From: a virus
Lineage: Duplodnaviria > Caudoviricetes
Virus record (IMG/VR): IMGVR_UViG_3300001335_000125
Coordinates: 1-64,000 of that record
Strand: one strand, 5' to 3'
Length of the DNA: 64,000 nt
Shown here in pieces: positions 18,056 to 28,449 of the stretch. Below the pieces are notes generated by a model. That model was given only the letters and a program-made list of their open reading frames with translations. It was not told where the DNA came from and did not search any database. The position numbers and the translations under genes were made by a program. How positions within the stretch are numbered: position 1 is the stretch's first letter; each line of letters begins with the position of its first letter.

Positions 18056-18959
18056 AAAAACAATTATAATCACTGGAGTATCAGGATTTATAGGTAGACA
18101 CCTATGTAAAAGATTACATAACGAGTATAATATTATAGGATATGATAAAGTTTCTCCACACAAAGACTTTATTAAATATATCGATAGATTCATCTTAAAA
18201 GATATTACAGATGAATTATTGCATCATCAGGATGTCTATGCAGTTATACATCTAGCAGCAAAAGCAGGAGTAAGAGAAAGTCAAACCCAATATGAGCAAT
18301 ATGTTAAGGATAATATATTAGGTACTAAAAATGTATTAGATGCATGTGTACAGTGGTGGAAACCAAAAAAGATACTATTGGCATCGTCCTCTTCAGTATA
18401 TGGAGATAGGAAAACACCAGGAAGAGAAACGGATATTCCTAATCCAAAATCTCTATATGCTGCATCAAAGTTAGCAATGGAAGATATATCTAAAGTATAT
18501 AAGAATACTGGGATGATTAAAGATGATGTATGTAATATGAGAATATTCACTGTATATGGACCACATCAGAGAGAATCATTAGCAATACATAAGTTTATAG
18601 ATGCGGCATTAAAGGATGAGGAAATTACAGTATACGGTACTGGGGAGCAGAGTAGAGACTTTACCTTCATAGAAGACCTGTGTTTTACCATAGAGCTGTT
18701 GTTGAGAAAACAACATCTACCAGATAAACTCAATGTTGGGTTTGGTAGTACAATAACAGTTAATGAGATACTGGATATCATATCATCTGAGTTAAATAAG
18801 AATCTAAAAATAAAGTATGAACCAATGAATATGTTTGATGTTATGACTACCAAATCAGATACTAGATTATTTAATAGGGTATTACCTGGACACAAGCCAG
18901 AATTTAGTATACGACAAGGTATTATAAAACAGATAGAAGAAAGGAAGAAACATCTATGA
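18045..18959 (+). CDS. NAD-dependent nucleotide-sugar epimerase/dehydratase (extended SDR)
   Basis: TGVSGFIG, HLAAKAGVR, SSSSVYG, YAASK, RDFT. Confidence 0.92.
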   Translation: MVDKKTIIITGVSGFIGRHLCKRLHNEYNIIGYDKVSPHKDFIKYIDRFILKDITDELLHHQDVYAVIHLAAKAGVRESQTQYEQYVKDNILGTKNVLDACVQWWKPKKILLASSSSVYGDRKTPGRETDIPNPKSLYAASKLAMEDISKVYKNTGMIKDDVCNMRIFTVYGPHQRESLAIHKFIDAALKDEEITVYGTGEQSRDFTFIEDLCFTIELLLRKQHLPDKLNVGFGSTITVNEILDIISSELNKNLKIKYEPMNMFDVMTTKSDTRLFNRVLPGHKPEFSIRQGIIKQIEERKKHL

Positions 18960-19846
18960 ATTATGACATAACAATATCATTTGATAAAGCATCTTATTTA
19001 AATCCAGAGATTTATATGTTAATAGATTCCCTAAAGGACAATATATCAAATAACACAATTTTACATGTAGTCACAAATAGAAATAAAAATGACCCAATAA
19101 GAAAATATATTAAAGAAAACATTCCTAGTAAATTCTATTTTAAATCTCCCCCTCAAACATTACAATCACGATGTAAGATGATTCTCAATGCATTTCAGAT
19201 AAAGAGTGATAAGGACTGGATATTGAAAATAGATGTAGATAACCTTTCATTAAATAAACTAGACTTTGATTTAGATGAAGAAAAAGATATATACATACAA
19301 CCAGAAAATAGAAGAATTATATTAGATGATAATGTAGAAGAAAGAATTTGGAGAATAATATATAAAAATCTTGGGGTTGAACTACCAAAAACTCGTATAC
19401 CGTCTATAGAAGGTAAAGAAATGATGATGCCCCTATACAACACAGGAACAATATTAATTAACAAAAAACTTATTAGTGTCATAAATAATGAGTGGATTCC
19501 AATGACAGAAATATGTGAAAGATGGATTCATATGGGAATACATCCAAATGAATTTGCAATGACTGCTCTAATGAAAAAACATAATATGAATATTGGAATA
19601 CTCCCAGAAATATATAATTGGAATCCTATTGCACATTTTAGAGATGGAGAATTTCCATCAACGAAATTAATAGCCCAAGCAAAAACTCCAGATAATATAA
19701 AATTATTACATTATCATAAACCTAAGTGGTTACAGCATCTAATGACATATAATGAAGAGATAAATACAATAGTTAGTAATAGTCAAGTTCATATTCCAGA
19801 TAAATGGTGGGATTTGAGTAACCAAACATTTCAGGAGAAACTATGA
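18956..19846 (+). CDS. GT-A glycosyltransferase (GT8-like)
   Basis: IDVD, YNTG, YNW and LLHYH motifs. Confidence 0.7.
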   Translation: MNYDITISFDKASYLNPEIYMLIDSLKDNISNNTILHVVTNRNKNDPIRKYIKENIPSKFYFKSPPQTLQSRCKMILNAFQIKSDKDWILKIDVDNLSLNKLDFDLDEEKDIYIQPENRRIILDDNVEERIWRIIYKNLGVELPKTRIPSIEGKEMMMPLYNTGTILINKKLISVINNEWIPMTEICERWIHMGIHPNEFAMTALMKKHNMNIGILPEIYNWNPIAHFRDGEFPSTKLIAQAKTPDNIKLLHYHKPKWLQHLMTYNEEINTIVSNSQVHIPDKWWDLSNQTFQEKL

Positions 19847-20736
19847 ATATAGGTTATTTTAATGCTCAAGGATTTAATGGAATAGAATATTGGTTTCAAC
19901 TAGAGCAGGATGAACTAAGAAGAAGAGGACATAATGTGAGAACATTTTATTTGAAAGGACCACAACCAACAAAAGAAGATATTGAATGGATGGACTTTGC
20001 TCATTTTCACTTTGCACATGTTGCAGATAGATATAAGAGGTTGGGAGTTCCATTTTGTGTAAGTCCTCATACCAATGATATATTTCCTGATAGTGGTAAA
20101 AGATTAAAGAAAGTTAGTAATCATCCAAAATGTAAGTTTGTTACTTATCAATCACAATATCATCTAAAACACTTTTTTGAATGGGGAATAAAACCACCAC
20201 TTGTACATCTTCCGATGTGCTGTAGAACTGAACTATTTACTAGAGAGAAATCCAAAGGTGATAGAATGATATGTGGTGGTAGATTAATACCCCGTAAAGG
20301 TCTAGATAGAATAATGCATCTAGGCAATCTTATAGTATTTGGAGATGGACCATTAGAAAATGAACTTAAAGCAATGAACTCCACCAATACATTCTATGGA
20401 AGAGTAGATGGTAAAGAGTTAAAAGAGTTATTTGAAAAGTCGTATGTATATCTATTTCCAAATAGAATAGTTAATGATGGTAATAGAGATGGTATCCCTA
20501 ATACAGTGAAAGAGGCGTTGCTTATGGAATTATATGTAATATCATCTCCAGTAGCTGGATTACCAGAAGTGGATACTGTCATCTTAAATGAAGATTGGAG
20601 TAAAGAAGGAATACAAAGAATATTGGATACTATATCAATAGAGCCTAATAAGAAAGGAAGACAACACATCTTAGATAACTTTAGTCCAAAAGTGTGCATA
20701 GATAAACTAGAGAAAGCTATCGGAGAATATTTATGA
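19843..20736 (+). CDS. GT-B glycosyltransferase (GT4-like)
   Basis: GRLIPRKG, GDGPL, DGIPNTVKEAL. Confidence 0.85.
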   Translation: MNIGYFNAQGFNGIEYWFQLEQDELRRRGHNVRTFYLKGPQPTKEDIEWMDFAHFHFAHVADRYKRLGVPFCVSPHTNDIFPDSGKRLKKVSNHPKCKFVTYQSQYHLKHFFEWGIKPPLVHLPMCCRTELFTREKSKGDRMICGGRLIPRKGLDRIMHLGNLIVFGDGPLENELKAMNSTNTFYGRVDGKELKELFEKSYVYLFPNRIVNDGNRDGIPNTVKEALLMELYVISSPVAGLPEVDTVILNEDWSKEGIQRILDTISIEPNKKGRQHILDNFSPKVCIDKLEKAIGEYL

Positions 20737-20804
20737 ATGTAGCAGTTTTAGCTAGAGGTAAAAGTTTAATTAATGTAGATAAATTTGATAATCAACGAAT
20801 CTGA
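20733..20804 (+). pseudogene. truncated 5' end of a gene (MNVAVLARGKSL...) cut off by the ALS fragment
   Basis: ATGA-coupled start; 23 codons then a stop inside ALS-like sequence. Confidence 0.5.
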
Positions 20805-22071
20805 TTTTATAATCGCAGTTGGTGTACGACTTGGGTTAAGACAAATTGGTCATTATCATGAGAAATTTGCACCAAATGCATATCTAGTTCGTGCAGATAT
20901 TGACCAAAGTGAACTAGCTCGTACAATTAAATCTGATGAAGAGAAAGTCTTAATAGATGCTAATGATTTTTTGCAACGTTTAATGGAGGAGGATATTCCT
21001 GATTATTCTGATTGGGCTGAGAAGTGTTTTAAACTTAGAGATTTTTTAGATGGATATGATGATGTAATTGGGAATCTAGCTTTGAAAAAAATATCTTCTA
21101 TGCTACCTGAAAACCCAATTGTTGCAGTTGATGTAGGACAGCATCAATGTTGGAGTGCTCAGTCATTAACTTTGAAAGGAGATAAAGGAAGAATACTAAT
21201 AAGCGGAGGGTATGGTTCTATGGGATGTGCATTGCCATATGCAATTGGTGCTTCAATATCTCAAAATTATTGCAAAGTATTTTGTGTGACAGGTGACGGT
21301 GGTTTGCAAATGAATATTCAAGAGCTGGAGACTATTATAAGAGAGAATATACCCGTGAAAATTCTTGTCATCAATAATCATGTACTAGGTAAGATTAGTG
21401 AAGTACAAGAAAAATCTTATAACTCAGCATTTGCCCAAACTACAGAATCTAGTGGATTTTCAGTACCAGATTTTAAAAAGATTGCAATTGCTTATGGAAT
21501 TAAATGGTTTGCATCTGCTTGGGATATACCAAGTCAAGAATTCTTAGATAAATATGATTTAGAATATAATAAGATTGCATCCGCTATGATAACTAACCTC
21601 CCCTTTATACTTTCTGTAGCTAAGAAAAGAAAACTTACATTTATATCTACAGGAATGACTACCTACAATGATATTGATAATGCAATTAAAATATTTGAAG
21701 AAGAAAATTGTCCTTATGTTCTTATGTATTGTGTATCCATTTACCCAACTCCAAACGAATTACTAAACCTATCAATGATAAATACATTAAGAGAGAAGTA
21801 TAATTGTGAAGTAGGATACTCTTGTCATCATAAAAGTATACTTCCTGCAGCATTATCTGTTATGTATGGAGTTAAATATATAGAAAAACACATAACACTA
21901 GATAGAACAATGTACGGGTCCGACCAATCTGCATCTATAGAGCCAAAAGGGATGTTGATGTTAAGAGGATATGTAGATACGGCATTAGAATCTATTGGTG
22001 ATGGAATTAAAACAAATGTGAAAGGAGAAGACAAAATAGCAAATAAATTGAGGTATTGGAAAAATGAATAA
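20785..22071 (+). pseudogene. chimera: internal thiamine-PP enzyme (acetolactate synthase-like) fragment fused to the C-terminal two-thirds of a NeuB-type nonulosonate synthase
   Basis: DVGQHQ, GSMG, GDGGLQMNIQEL...NN (ThDP motif), then WFASAWD, KIAS, ISTGM, EKHITLDR..GSDQSAS (NeuB); both parts lack N-termini. Confidence 0.8.
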
Positions 22072-22459
22072 AATATTCGATGAACTTGTTACTTTATTTA
22101 ATAATAGCAAAGGAGAAATTGTAAAAAAATATTGGGGATTTGAGTATATCCCTACAAATAATAATAATTATTGTTTAAAAGGACTAGTATTTTATAAAGG
22201 TCAAGAGATACCTAATCATTATCATAAAGTAAAAACAGAGTCTTGGTATTGTGTATCTGGAAAACTTAAATGTTTATTGGCAGATAAAGAATTTTTTATT
22301 TTACCTGGAGATGTAATAGATATATTGGATGTAGAAGTCCCTCATAAATTATGGGCAATTGAAGATTCTATTATATTTGAAGTGTCAACCCATCATTCTG
22401 ATTCTGATACTATACGATTAGATAATCCAGGAGAAAAGTATGAATCTAAACGGACTTAG
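22064..22459 (+). CDS. cupin (sugar isomerase-like)
   Basis: KYWG.E, HYH..K.E and H.L.A...S..FEVST motifs. Confidence 0.8.
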   Translation: MNKIFDELVTLFNNSKGEIVKKYWGFEYIPTNNNNYCLKGLVFYKGQEIPNHYHKVKTESWYCVSGKLKCLLADKEFFILPGDVIDILDVEVPHKLWAIEDSIIFEVSTHHSDSDTIRLDNPGEKYESKRT

Positions 22460-23240
22460 TACAGTAAATATAGAATTAACATCTAGATGTAATAAAAATT
22501 GTTGGATGTGTGGTAGACGTAAAATTGATAAAGAATATCCAGAAATAGCAATGAATTATGGAGATATGGATTTTAATTTATTAAAAAAACTCTCAAAACA
22601 AATACCAGAAGATATTGTAATTCAATTCCATGATAATGGAGAACCAACTTTATATCCTAAATTAGGGGATGCTCTTAAACTATTTAGTAATAATATAAGA
22701 AATTTTGATACCAATGGAAAATTATTATTAGAAAAATCTAATGAGATTATTGGTAATCTAGAAACATTAACAATTTCTGTATTCGAAAGAGATCCAGAGG
22801 GAGACGAACAATATAATATTGTAAAAGAATTCTTAAAAATTAAAGGAGATAGAAAACCACATCTTATTTATAGATTATTAGGAGATGTAAGTGATTCAGA
22901 AAGATGGTATGAATTGCCTGGAGTAGTAGCAACTAGAATATTACATCATCCTTTAGGGAATTATAAATATAAAAAAAGAAATCCTACGGTTCCAGAAATA
23001 GGAATCTGCTTAGATTTATTAAGTCATTTAGTTATAGATAAGGATGGAAATGTTTTTCCTTGTGTTAGATTTGATCCTGAGAAAAAACAATGTATTGGAA
23101 ATATAAATGAAATGACATTAACAGATATATGGAATGGAGAGAAAAGAAAAACAATGATACTCGGTCATCTAAAAGGAGATAGAAGTAAGTTCCCAATATG
23201 TAAAGACTGCCAATATTGGGGAGTTCCTACAGGAATATGA
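22440..23240 (+). CDS. radical SAM / SPASM protein
   Basis: CNKNCWMC, GEP, DTNG; C-terminal C...PC...IGN...CKDC. Confidence 0.88.
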   Translation: MNLNGLSTVNIELTSRCNKNCWMCGRRKIDKEYPEIAMNYGDMDFNLLKKLSKQIPEDIVIQFHDNGEPTLYPKLGDALKLFSNNIRNFDTNGKLLLEKSNEIIGNLETLTISVFERDPEGDEQYNIVKEFLKIKGDRKPHLIYRLLGDVSDSERWYELPGVVATRILHHPLGNYKYKKRNPTVPEIGICLDLLSHLVIDKDGNVFPCVRFDPEKKQCIGNINEMTLTDIWNGEKRKTMILGHLKGDRSKFPICKDCQYWGVPTGI

Positions 23241-23569
23241 AAAAAGTAGATAAAAGTTGGGGATATGAAGAGTGGTATGTAAATAATGATATGTATTGTT
23301 GTAAACATTTACATTTAAATAAAGGTTATATGTGTAGTATTCATTATCATAAAGAAAAGGACGAGACATTTTATATATTAAAAGGTAAAGTTAAAATGGA
23401 ATTATTTGGCGAAACAAGGATAATGAAAGAAGGAGATTCACTTAGACTTAATCCATATACATTACATAGATTTATAGGATTAGAAGATTCTATTATATTA
23501 GAGGTATCAACTACTCATAAAGACTATGATAGTTATAGAGTTGTCGTTGGAGGAAAATCTAACATTTAA
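23237..23569 (+). CDS. cupin (second paralog)
   Basis: KSWGYE, HYH..K.E, HRF, LEVST; ATG at 23237. Confidence 0.8.
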   Translation: MKKVDKSWGYEEWYVNNDMYCCKHLHLNKGYMCSIHYHKEKDETFYILKGKVKMELFGETRIMKEGDSLRLNPYTLHRFIGLEDSIILEVSTTHKDYDSYRVVVGGKSNI

Positions 23570-23606
23570 GAGGAATGAATATGAATAAATTCATTAAATT
23601 GGAGAA

Positions 23607-24686
23607 ATGATTATGAATCCTAAGATTAGTATTATTTTACCTACTGCAACAAAACAATCAGATATCGAATTAAAATTAAATCAAATTAAAGAAGGAATAA
23701 AAAACACAAATGACACTATATTTAACGATGAATTTATTAATTTATGTAATGAGATAGTATTACCTGTAGAACACTTTTTAGAAATTACATTATTGGCATT
23801 AAGAAAACAAATATTCAAAGAGTTTGAACTAATTATTGTACATAAATATCCAGAAGATGCATTAGATATAGTTAAAAAATATCCTGACATTAAAGTTAAA
23901 TTAATTAAAGAAAAGGATTCTGTATGGCATAAATATAAAAGACCCACTCATAGTGGATCTATTAATACAGGATTTATATATGCAGATGGAGAACTATTAA
24001 TAAGATTAGATGATTTTGAGTTCTTTAATGAATTCTATCTACAAGAAATGTGGAATACATGGAAACAAAAGAAAAGTTATATTACATCTAAAGTAGTAAG
24101 GAGAATTAAGTATGATAAAGATAAATATGATGAACCTCGTAATATTGAATATATTGGCAATAAAATAAAAGTTATTAATAATGGATGGTATGGTGTTGAA
24201 AAACCTATTAGTACAAATAAAGAGATAAGTAAACATATGACTTGGGGACATTCATCATCCGTTTCTCTTAGAGATATACTTAAGATTAATGGTCACGATG
24301 AAGTATTTGATGGCAATATAGATGGTAATGATATGGAACTTGGTTATCGCTTATATTATTCAAGTCGACATAAAAGATATGTGAGTGATAATTGGGTTTA
24401 TGAATTGGACTGTTCAACTTCTAATAAAGGGAAAACAAAGTTTAGAGATGATATATATCTTAGAAATATAGTTAATCCTATTAGTGAATACAATTTCCCT
24501 AGACATATTGTTGCTAATAAATACAAACCTAAAGAATCAGAATTGAAAGAGTATGAAACTTATCATAAAAAAATGTATGGAGAATTAAATCCAAATTGGA
24601 AGAAATTTATGGAATCTCCAATGTATGATCTTAAAGAAGAGAGAAGAAAAAAGGTTTTAGGTAAGTTAATATATACAAATATATAA
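23607..24686 (+). CDS. GT2-like glycosyltransferase
   Basis: ISIILPT, INTG, IRLDD, INGHDE..DG.D. Confidence 0.75.
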   Translation: MIMNPKISIILPTATKQSDIELKLNQIKEGIKNTNDTIFNDEFINLCNEIVLPVEHFLEITLLALRKQIFKEFELIIVHKYPEDALDIVKKYPDIKVKLIKEKDSVWHKYKRPTHSGSINTGFIYADGELLIRLDDFEFFNEFYLQEMWNTWKQKKSYITSKVVRRIKYDKDKYDEPRNIEYIGNKIKVINNGWYGVEKPISTNKEISKHMTWGHSSSVSLRDILKINGHDEVFDGNIDGNDMELGYRLYYSSRHKRYVSDNWVYELDCSTSNKGKTKFRDDIYLRNIVNPISEYNFPRHIVANKYKPKESELKEYETYHKKMYGELNPNWKKFMESPMYDLKEERRKKVLGKLIYTNI

Positions 24687-24739
24687 TATATTGAAAATAT
24701 GTCAAAATACATAGAATGAGTTATAGGAGTTGAATAATT

Positions 24740-25306
24740 ATGTGGACTAAAGAAACATTAGAAGAATTTTTATTAGATAAACAAAACCGCTCCGTAGATG
24801 TTGAAGAATATTTACTTATGATTAATTATATAAATATACTAAAACCAACAACCATTATTGATATTGGTACATTTATGGGGACATCTGGTTATATACTTGG
24901 TAAGTCTTGTCCAAGTATTAAAAAGATATACTCTATCGATAATATAAACTCTCCTGAATACTTTGAAAAGGACGATGCTACTAAAGCTGACCATGGTAAA
25001 TATCTACCAAATGATGCGGTGTTTCTTAAGGAGGGATATGAAAATGGAGTGTTAGAACAGATAGTAAATAACAATCCTAATTGCTTTGTGTTCTGGGATG
25101 CCGGGAAGAATCCTATTAAAGTTACAAGACAACTTGAACTATCAAAACAATTAGGTATTAAACATTTAGCAGTGCATGATACTGGATTAAAAAAAGTTAA
25201 TAAAGTTATTGAGAGAATTAATAGATTTGGTTGGTACAAAACAGTGTTAGAAGACATAACTAGTTGCCCCAAGAAAGGAGTAACTATTATGGAGTTAGTT
25301 GAATGA
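24740..25306 (+). CDS. class I SAM-dependent methyltransferase
   Basis: IIDIGTFMGTS, YSID, FWDA, HDT. Confidence 0.75.
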   Translation: MWTKETLEEFLLDKQNRSVDVEEYLLMINYINILKPTTIIDIGTFMGTSGYILGKSCPSIKKIYSIDNINSPEYFEKDDATKADHGKYLPNDAVFLKEGYENGVLEQIVNNNPNCFVFWDAGKNPIKVTRQLELSKQLGIKHLAVHDTGLKKVNKVIERINRFGWYKTVLEDITSCPKKGVTIMELVE

Positions 25307-25794
25307 GAAAAGAAAGTGAATTAGAAAAAATAGCAAAAACCATTACAAAAATAGATGATAAACTATATATATCTGGTAGTATTAGTGATTATAATGAATT
25401 AGAAAGACTGGGTATTAATAAAGTTATAAACTGCAGAGCTGAATGTCATGATGATATTTATGAACTTAGTAGAAGAGGAATTGGTTATTATTGGATTCCA
25501 GTAAATGATTTTGAAGCTCCACGATTTGACCAGTTTGATGCAGTTGAAGATATTCTACGTAATGGAACTTCATTTGATAAAATACTAATTCATTGTGCTA
25601 TCGGATTAGGAAGAGCAATTATTATATCTTCTATTTATATGATATATCATAAAGGGTGTACTATAGATGAGGCTTTAGAATGGTTAGGACATGAAAGAGG
25701 TATATTGTTCCCAACAAAAGAACAGAAAACAAAATTAGAAAAATATATAAAGTATGTTAATAATGGTAGAAAACTAAAAGAAATAAAAGATTGA
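25303..25794 (+). CDS. dual-specificity / PTP-like phosphatase
   Basis: IHCAIGLGRA (CX5R); WPD-loop-like PVNDFEAP. Confidence 0.85.
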   Translation: MRKESELEKIAKTITKIDDKLYISGSISDYNELERLGINKVINCRAECHDDIYELSRRGIGYYWIPVNDFEAPRFDQFDAVEDILRNGTSFDKILIHCAIGLGRAIIISSIYMIYHKGCTIDEALEWLGHERGILFPTKEQKTKLEKYIKYVNNGRKLKEIKD

Positions 25795-25802
25795 GGAATA
25801 TA

Positions 25803-26660
25803 ATGGTTAGTATAGGAATTATAGGATATGGAATGGTAGGTAGAGCAATTCATTCTGGATTTGCCAAACAATGTGATTTTAGAATATATGATATAGATGA
25901 TACTATCTCTGAGAATACCTTTGAAGAAGTATCTATAGATAGTGACTATATCTTTGTATGTGTACCAACACCAATGAAGTCTACAGGACAATTTGACTCG
26001 TCTATCTTAGACTATACAATAGATAAGTTAAATGAATATGTAAAAGATACTGATAAGATAGTTATTATAAAGTCTACATGTCTACCAGGAACAACAAAAG
26101 GATACCAAGAAAAATATCCTAATAGCCATATAGTCTTTAGTCCAGAATTTCTTACAGTAAGAAGTGCTAGGTTAGATTTTATCAATCCATCTAGAATAAT
26201 CTTTGGACTCGATCAAAAAAATTATGAGAGAAATCAGTGGGAGATGAATGTTTTATATGAGTTATATCATCCTAGATTTCCATCTTACAATCTACACTTT
26301 ACAGATGCTACTACTGCTGAATTAGTGAAGTATGTATCTAATTGTTTCTTTGCCACTAAAGTATCATTCTTTAACGAGATGAAACAAATATCAGATGCAT
26401 TAGGAGTTAGTTATCCTAGACTATTGAAATATGTTTTAAAAGATGGTAGAATCGGTAATAGTCACTGGGAAGTTCCTGGTCATGATATGTTACATGGATT
26501 TGGGGGCCAGTGCTTTCCCAAGGATTTGAATGCATTAATACATCTAGAAAAAGAGTTAGGTATAAATCCTACTATGTTGGATGCGGTTTGGAAGAAAAAT
26601 CTAGAGGTTAGAGAAAAAAGGGACTGGGAAGAAAATAAAAGTGCTTTTACGAGTGATTAA
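25803..26660 (+). CDS. UDP-glucose/GDP-mannose dehydrogenase family (short form)
   Basis: GYGMVG, CVPTP, KST..PG, PEFL, AE..KY..N, GFGGQCFPKD. Confidence 0.9.
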   Translation: MVSIGIIGYGMVGRAIHSGFAKQCDFRIYDIDDTISENTFEEVSIDSDYIFVCVPTPMKSTGQFDSSILDYTIDKLNEYVKDTDKIVIIKSTCLPGTTKGYQEKYPNSHIVFSPEFLTVRSARLDFINPSRIIFGLDQKNYERNQWEMNVLYELYHPRFPSYNLHFTDATTAELVKYVSNCFFATKVSFFNEMKQISDALGVSYPRLLKYVLKDGRIGNSHWEVPGHDMLHGFGGQCFPKDLNALIHLEKELGINPTMLDAVWKKNLEVREKRDWEENKSAFTSD

Positions 26661-26677
26661 TGGGGGTTAGGATACCC

Positions 26678-26720
26678 CGAAATTATCGCTGAGGATCCAC
26701 GGAAACGGGTCTAGAATCGA
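26678..26720 (+). repeat. dispersed GC-rich element, copy 2
   Basis: 36/43 nt identical to the reverse complement of 43618-43660. Confidence 0.9.
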
Positions 26721-26736
26721 CGCGGAGGTATTACCA

Positions 26737-26768
26737 ATACATATATGTATCCCCTTTCATTTTAGGGG
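26737..26768. terminator. 14-bp palindrome plus GC hairpin at the convergence of the two gene blocks
   Basis: ATACATATATGTAT (perfect palindrome), then CCCCT-N8-AGGGG followed by TTTTCTTT. Confidence 0.55.
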
Positions 26769-26787
26769 TTTTCTTTATATACTAAAT

Positions 26788-26826
26788 CAAATTTTCGTCG
26801 AGGAAGGCCGGAAACGACCCTCTAAG
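26788..26826 (+). repeat. dispersed GC-rich element, copy 4 (most diverged)
   Basis: AAATTTTCGTCGAGGAAGGCCGGAAACGACCCTCT. Confidence 0.7.
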
Positions 26827-26845
26827 GCAAAAACTATTTTTAATA

Positions 26846-27187
26846 CTACCTTTTTCCACCAAAATATGCTATTGCATGCCCTTTTTCGATAAGTTCTTGG
26901 TTGATATTAATATCATCTAAAAATATCTCAACAAGGTATCTTCCATACTTTTCTTGTTTGTATGTTTTGACCCTTACTGTCTTATTTAGGACTCTTTCAC
27001 GTAGATAGTCACGGGCTAGATATCCTCTTCTTTTCTCATCTAAATCTTTTGTTCTAATTTCAGGGGTATCTATACCATACAATCTACATTTTAATTTGAT
27101 ATGTACACTACATCCAAGATCAAATAGAATATTACAAGTATCACCATCATAAATTGATAATACTTCTGCATAATATTCATATACCAT
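26846..27187 (-). CDS. thermonuclease (SNase) family nuclease
   Basis: YDGDT, RLYGIDTPE, KYGRYL, L...G.A. Confidence 0.92.
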   Translation of the reverse strand: MVYEYYAEVLSIYDGDTCNILFDLGCSVHIKLKCRLYGIDTPEIRTKDLDEKRRGYLARDYLRERVLNKTVRVKTYKQEKYGRYLVEIFLDDININQELIEKGHAIAYFGGKR

Positions 27188-27723
27188 TATAATTCAGAAC
27201 TCCCAGAAACATATCCCTCAAGTTTAATATGTATCCAATCAGTGTAACTTACTGGGTGGGTAGTAATATTTTTTACATAGATGATAGTATCATTTCTCAT
27301 CTTATAAAGGGTGCTCGTATTTGTTCCTTGCCACTCATCACTAAATGTATCGTAAGATGTATATCTATTTGGTACTATACGTAATGTGTTGTTACCTTCC
27401 CATGTTTGGTCATACATATGAGGCCGTCCTAATATCTGATATAATTCTCCTGCTGCTCCCGGAACTATATTGTTTAAGATGGTGTTAAGTTCTGAGTCTG
27501 ATACCCACGTTTCTATTGTTACGGAGAAGTCATCTACTGACCATCTTGAACACCAACAATCTATATAGTCTGTTCCTGTGAGTGAGTCGTAGTAGATAAG
27601 CAAATCGCCATCTACAGAAACCCAATTGGTATTTAACTCACCAAATGTAATTCCTTCGTCACTGTCAAAGTAGTAGGGAAAACTAAAGTGAGATGCATTA
27701 GGATGTGTATCAAAAGCAGACAT
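27187..27723 (-). CDS. putative tail-tip protein, nearly stand-alone copy of the shared CWCSRW...PGAAGEL module
   Basis: clear similarity to the C-termini of 29375-30742 and 31526-32515. Confidence 0.65.
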   Translation of the reverse strand: MSAFDTHPNASHFSFPYYFDSDEGITFGELNTNWVSVDGDLLIYYDSLTGTDYIDCWCSRWSVDDFSVTIETWVSDSELNTILNNIVPGAAGELYQILGRPHMYDQTWEGNNTLRIVPNRYTSYDTFSDEWQGTNTSTLYKMRNDTIIYVKNITTHPVSYTDWIHIKLEGYVSGSSEL

Positions 27724-27751
27724 TTAATAGCACCTTATTTATACTCTACCA

Positions 27752-28441
27752 TTATTGTATTGGATAAAGATTCCAGTAAGTAGCATTTCCACTTCTACAA
27801 TAATAGGAATTAGATGAATCCAACACTCCCCAAATAAAACTTTTTTTATCAACAGAATAAAGCATTGTATTATCACTATTATACTGACCTTGTTTCCAAC
27901 TCCATCCTAACGAATTACCTACAGGAAGATTAAATGATGTTAATTGAGTAGAAGATCCTGAAGTAAGTGTTACATATAATTCTGGTCGCCATCCAGTAGT
28001 TCCATCACTACCTCCACTTAATGGATTTTGACTAGAAAAATTTCCTCCTGGAGTAGTTGCGGAGTAATCAGCATCATAAAACCAATAATGAATCAAGGAG
28101 TTAGACATATTATAAAAATATACTTTTTTATCAACCTCATTTCCCCAAAATGCAATATAATAATTCTCATTTTTACTTATTGAAGATGGACCAAATGCTC
28201 CACTTGCCCAGACGAATCCTCCATCTCCTACTATTTCTTCACTCTGTGCCACTAGATTACGATCAGAGTCGTATACTGCTCCCCTAACACGTTGTCCAGA
28301 CTGAAAGATTCCTGTAGCATACCAATAAAAATATTTTAAAGTTCCATTACAGTCAGAAGTTGCAGATATATATCTTATTCTATCTTGAAGGGTAGAAGAT
28401 GTTGTACTTGTAGTATTTTGTCCAATTATACATTCTGTCAT
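27752..28441 (-). CDS. putative virion beta-sandwich protein
   Basis: Ser/Thr/Gly/aromatic-rich; ATG at 28441 preferred over the track's TTG. Confidence 0.6.
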   Translation of the reverse strand: MTECIIGQNTTSTTSSTLQDRIRYISATSDCNGTLKYFYWYATGIFQSGQRVRGAVYDSDRNLVAQSEEIVGDGGFVWASGAFGPSSISKNENYYIAFWGNEVDKKVYFYNMSNSLIHYWFYDADYSATTPGGNFSSQNPLSGGSDGTTGWRPELYVTLTSGSSTQLTSFNLPVGNSLGWSWKQGQYNSDNTMLYSVDKKSFIWGVLDSSNSYYCRSGNATYWNLYPIQ

Positions 28442-28449
28442 ATTATCAC

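Noticed and set aside
26688-26712. Hammerhead-like CTGAGGA...GAAAC in repeat copy 2
   Set aside because: Only 6 nt between CUGANGA and GAAA (no stem II), and the other three copies lack CUGA (CTCA, ACGA, TCGA)
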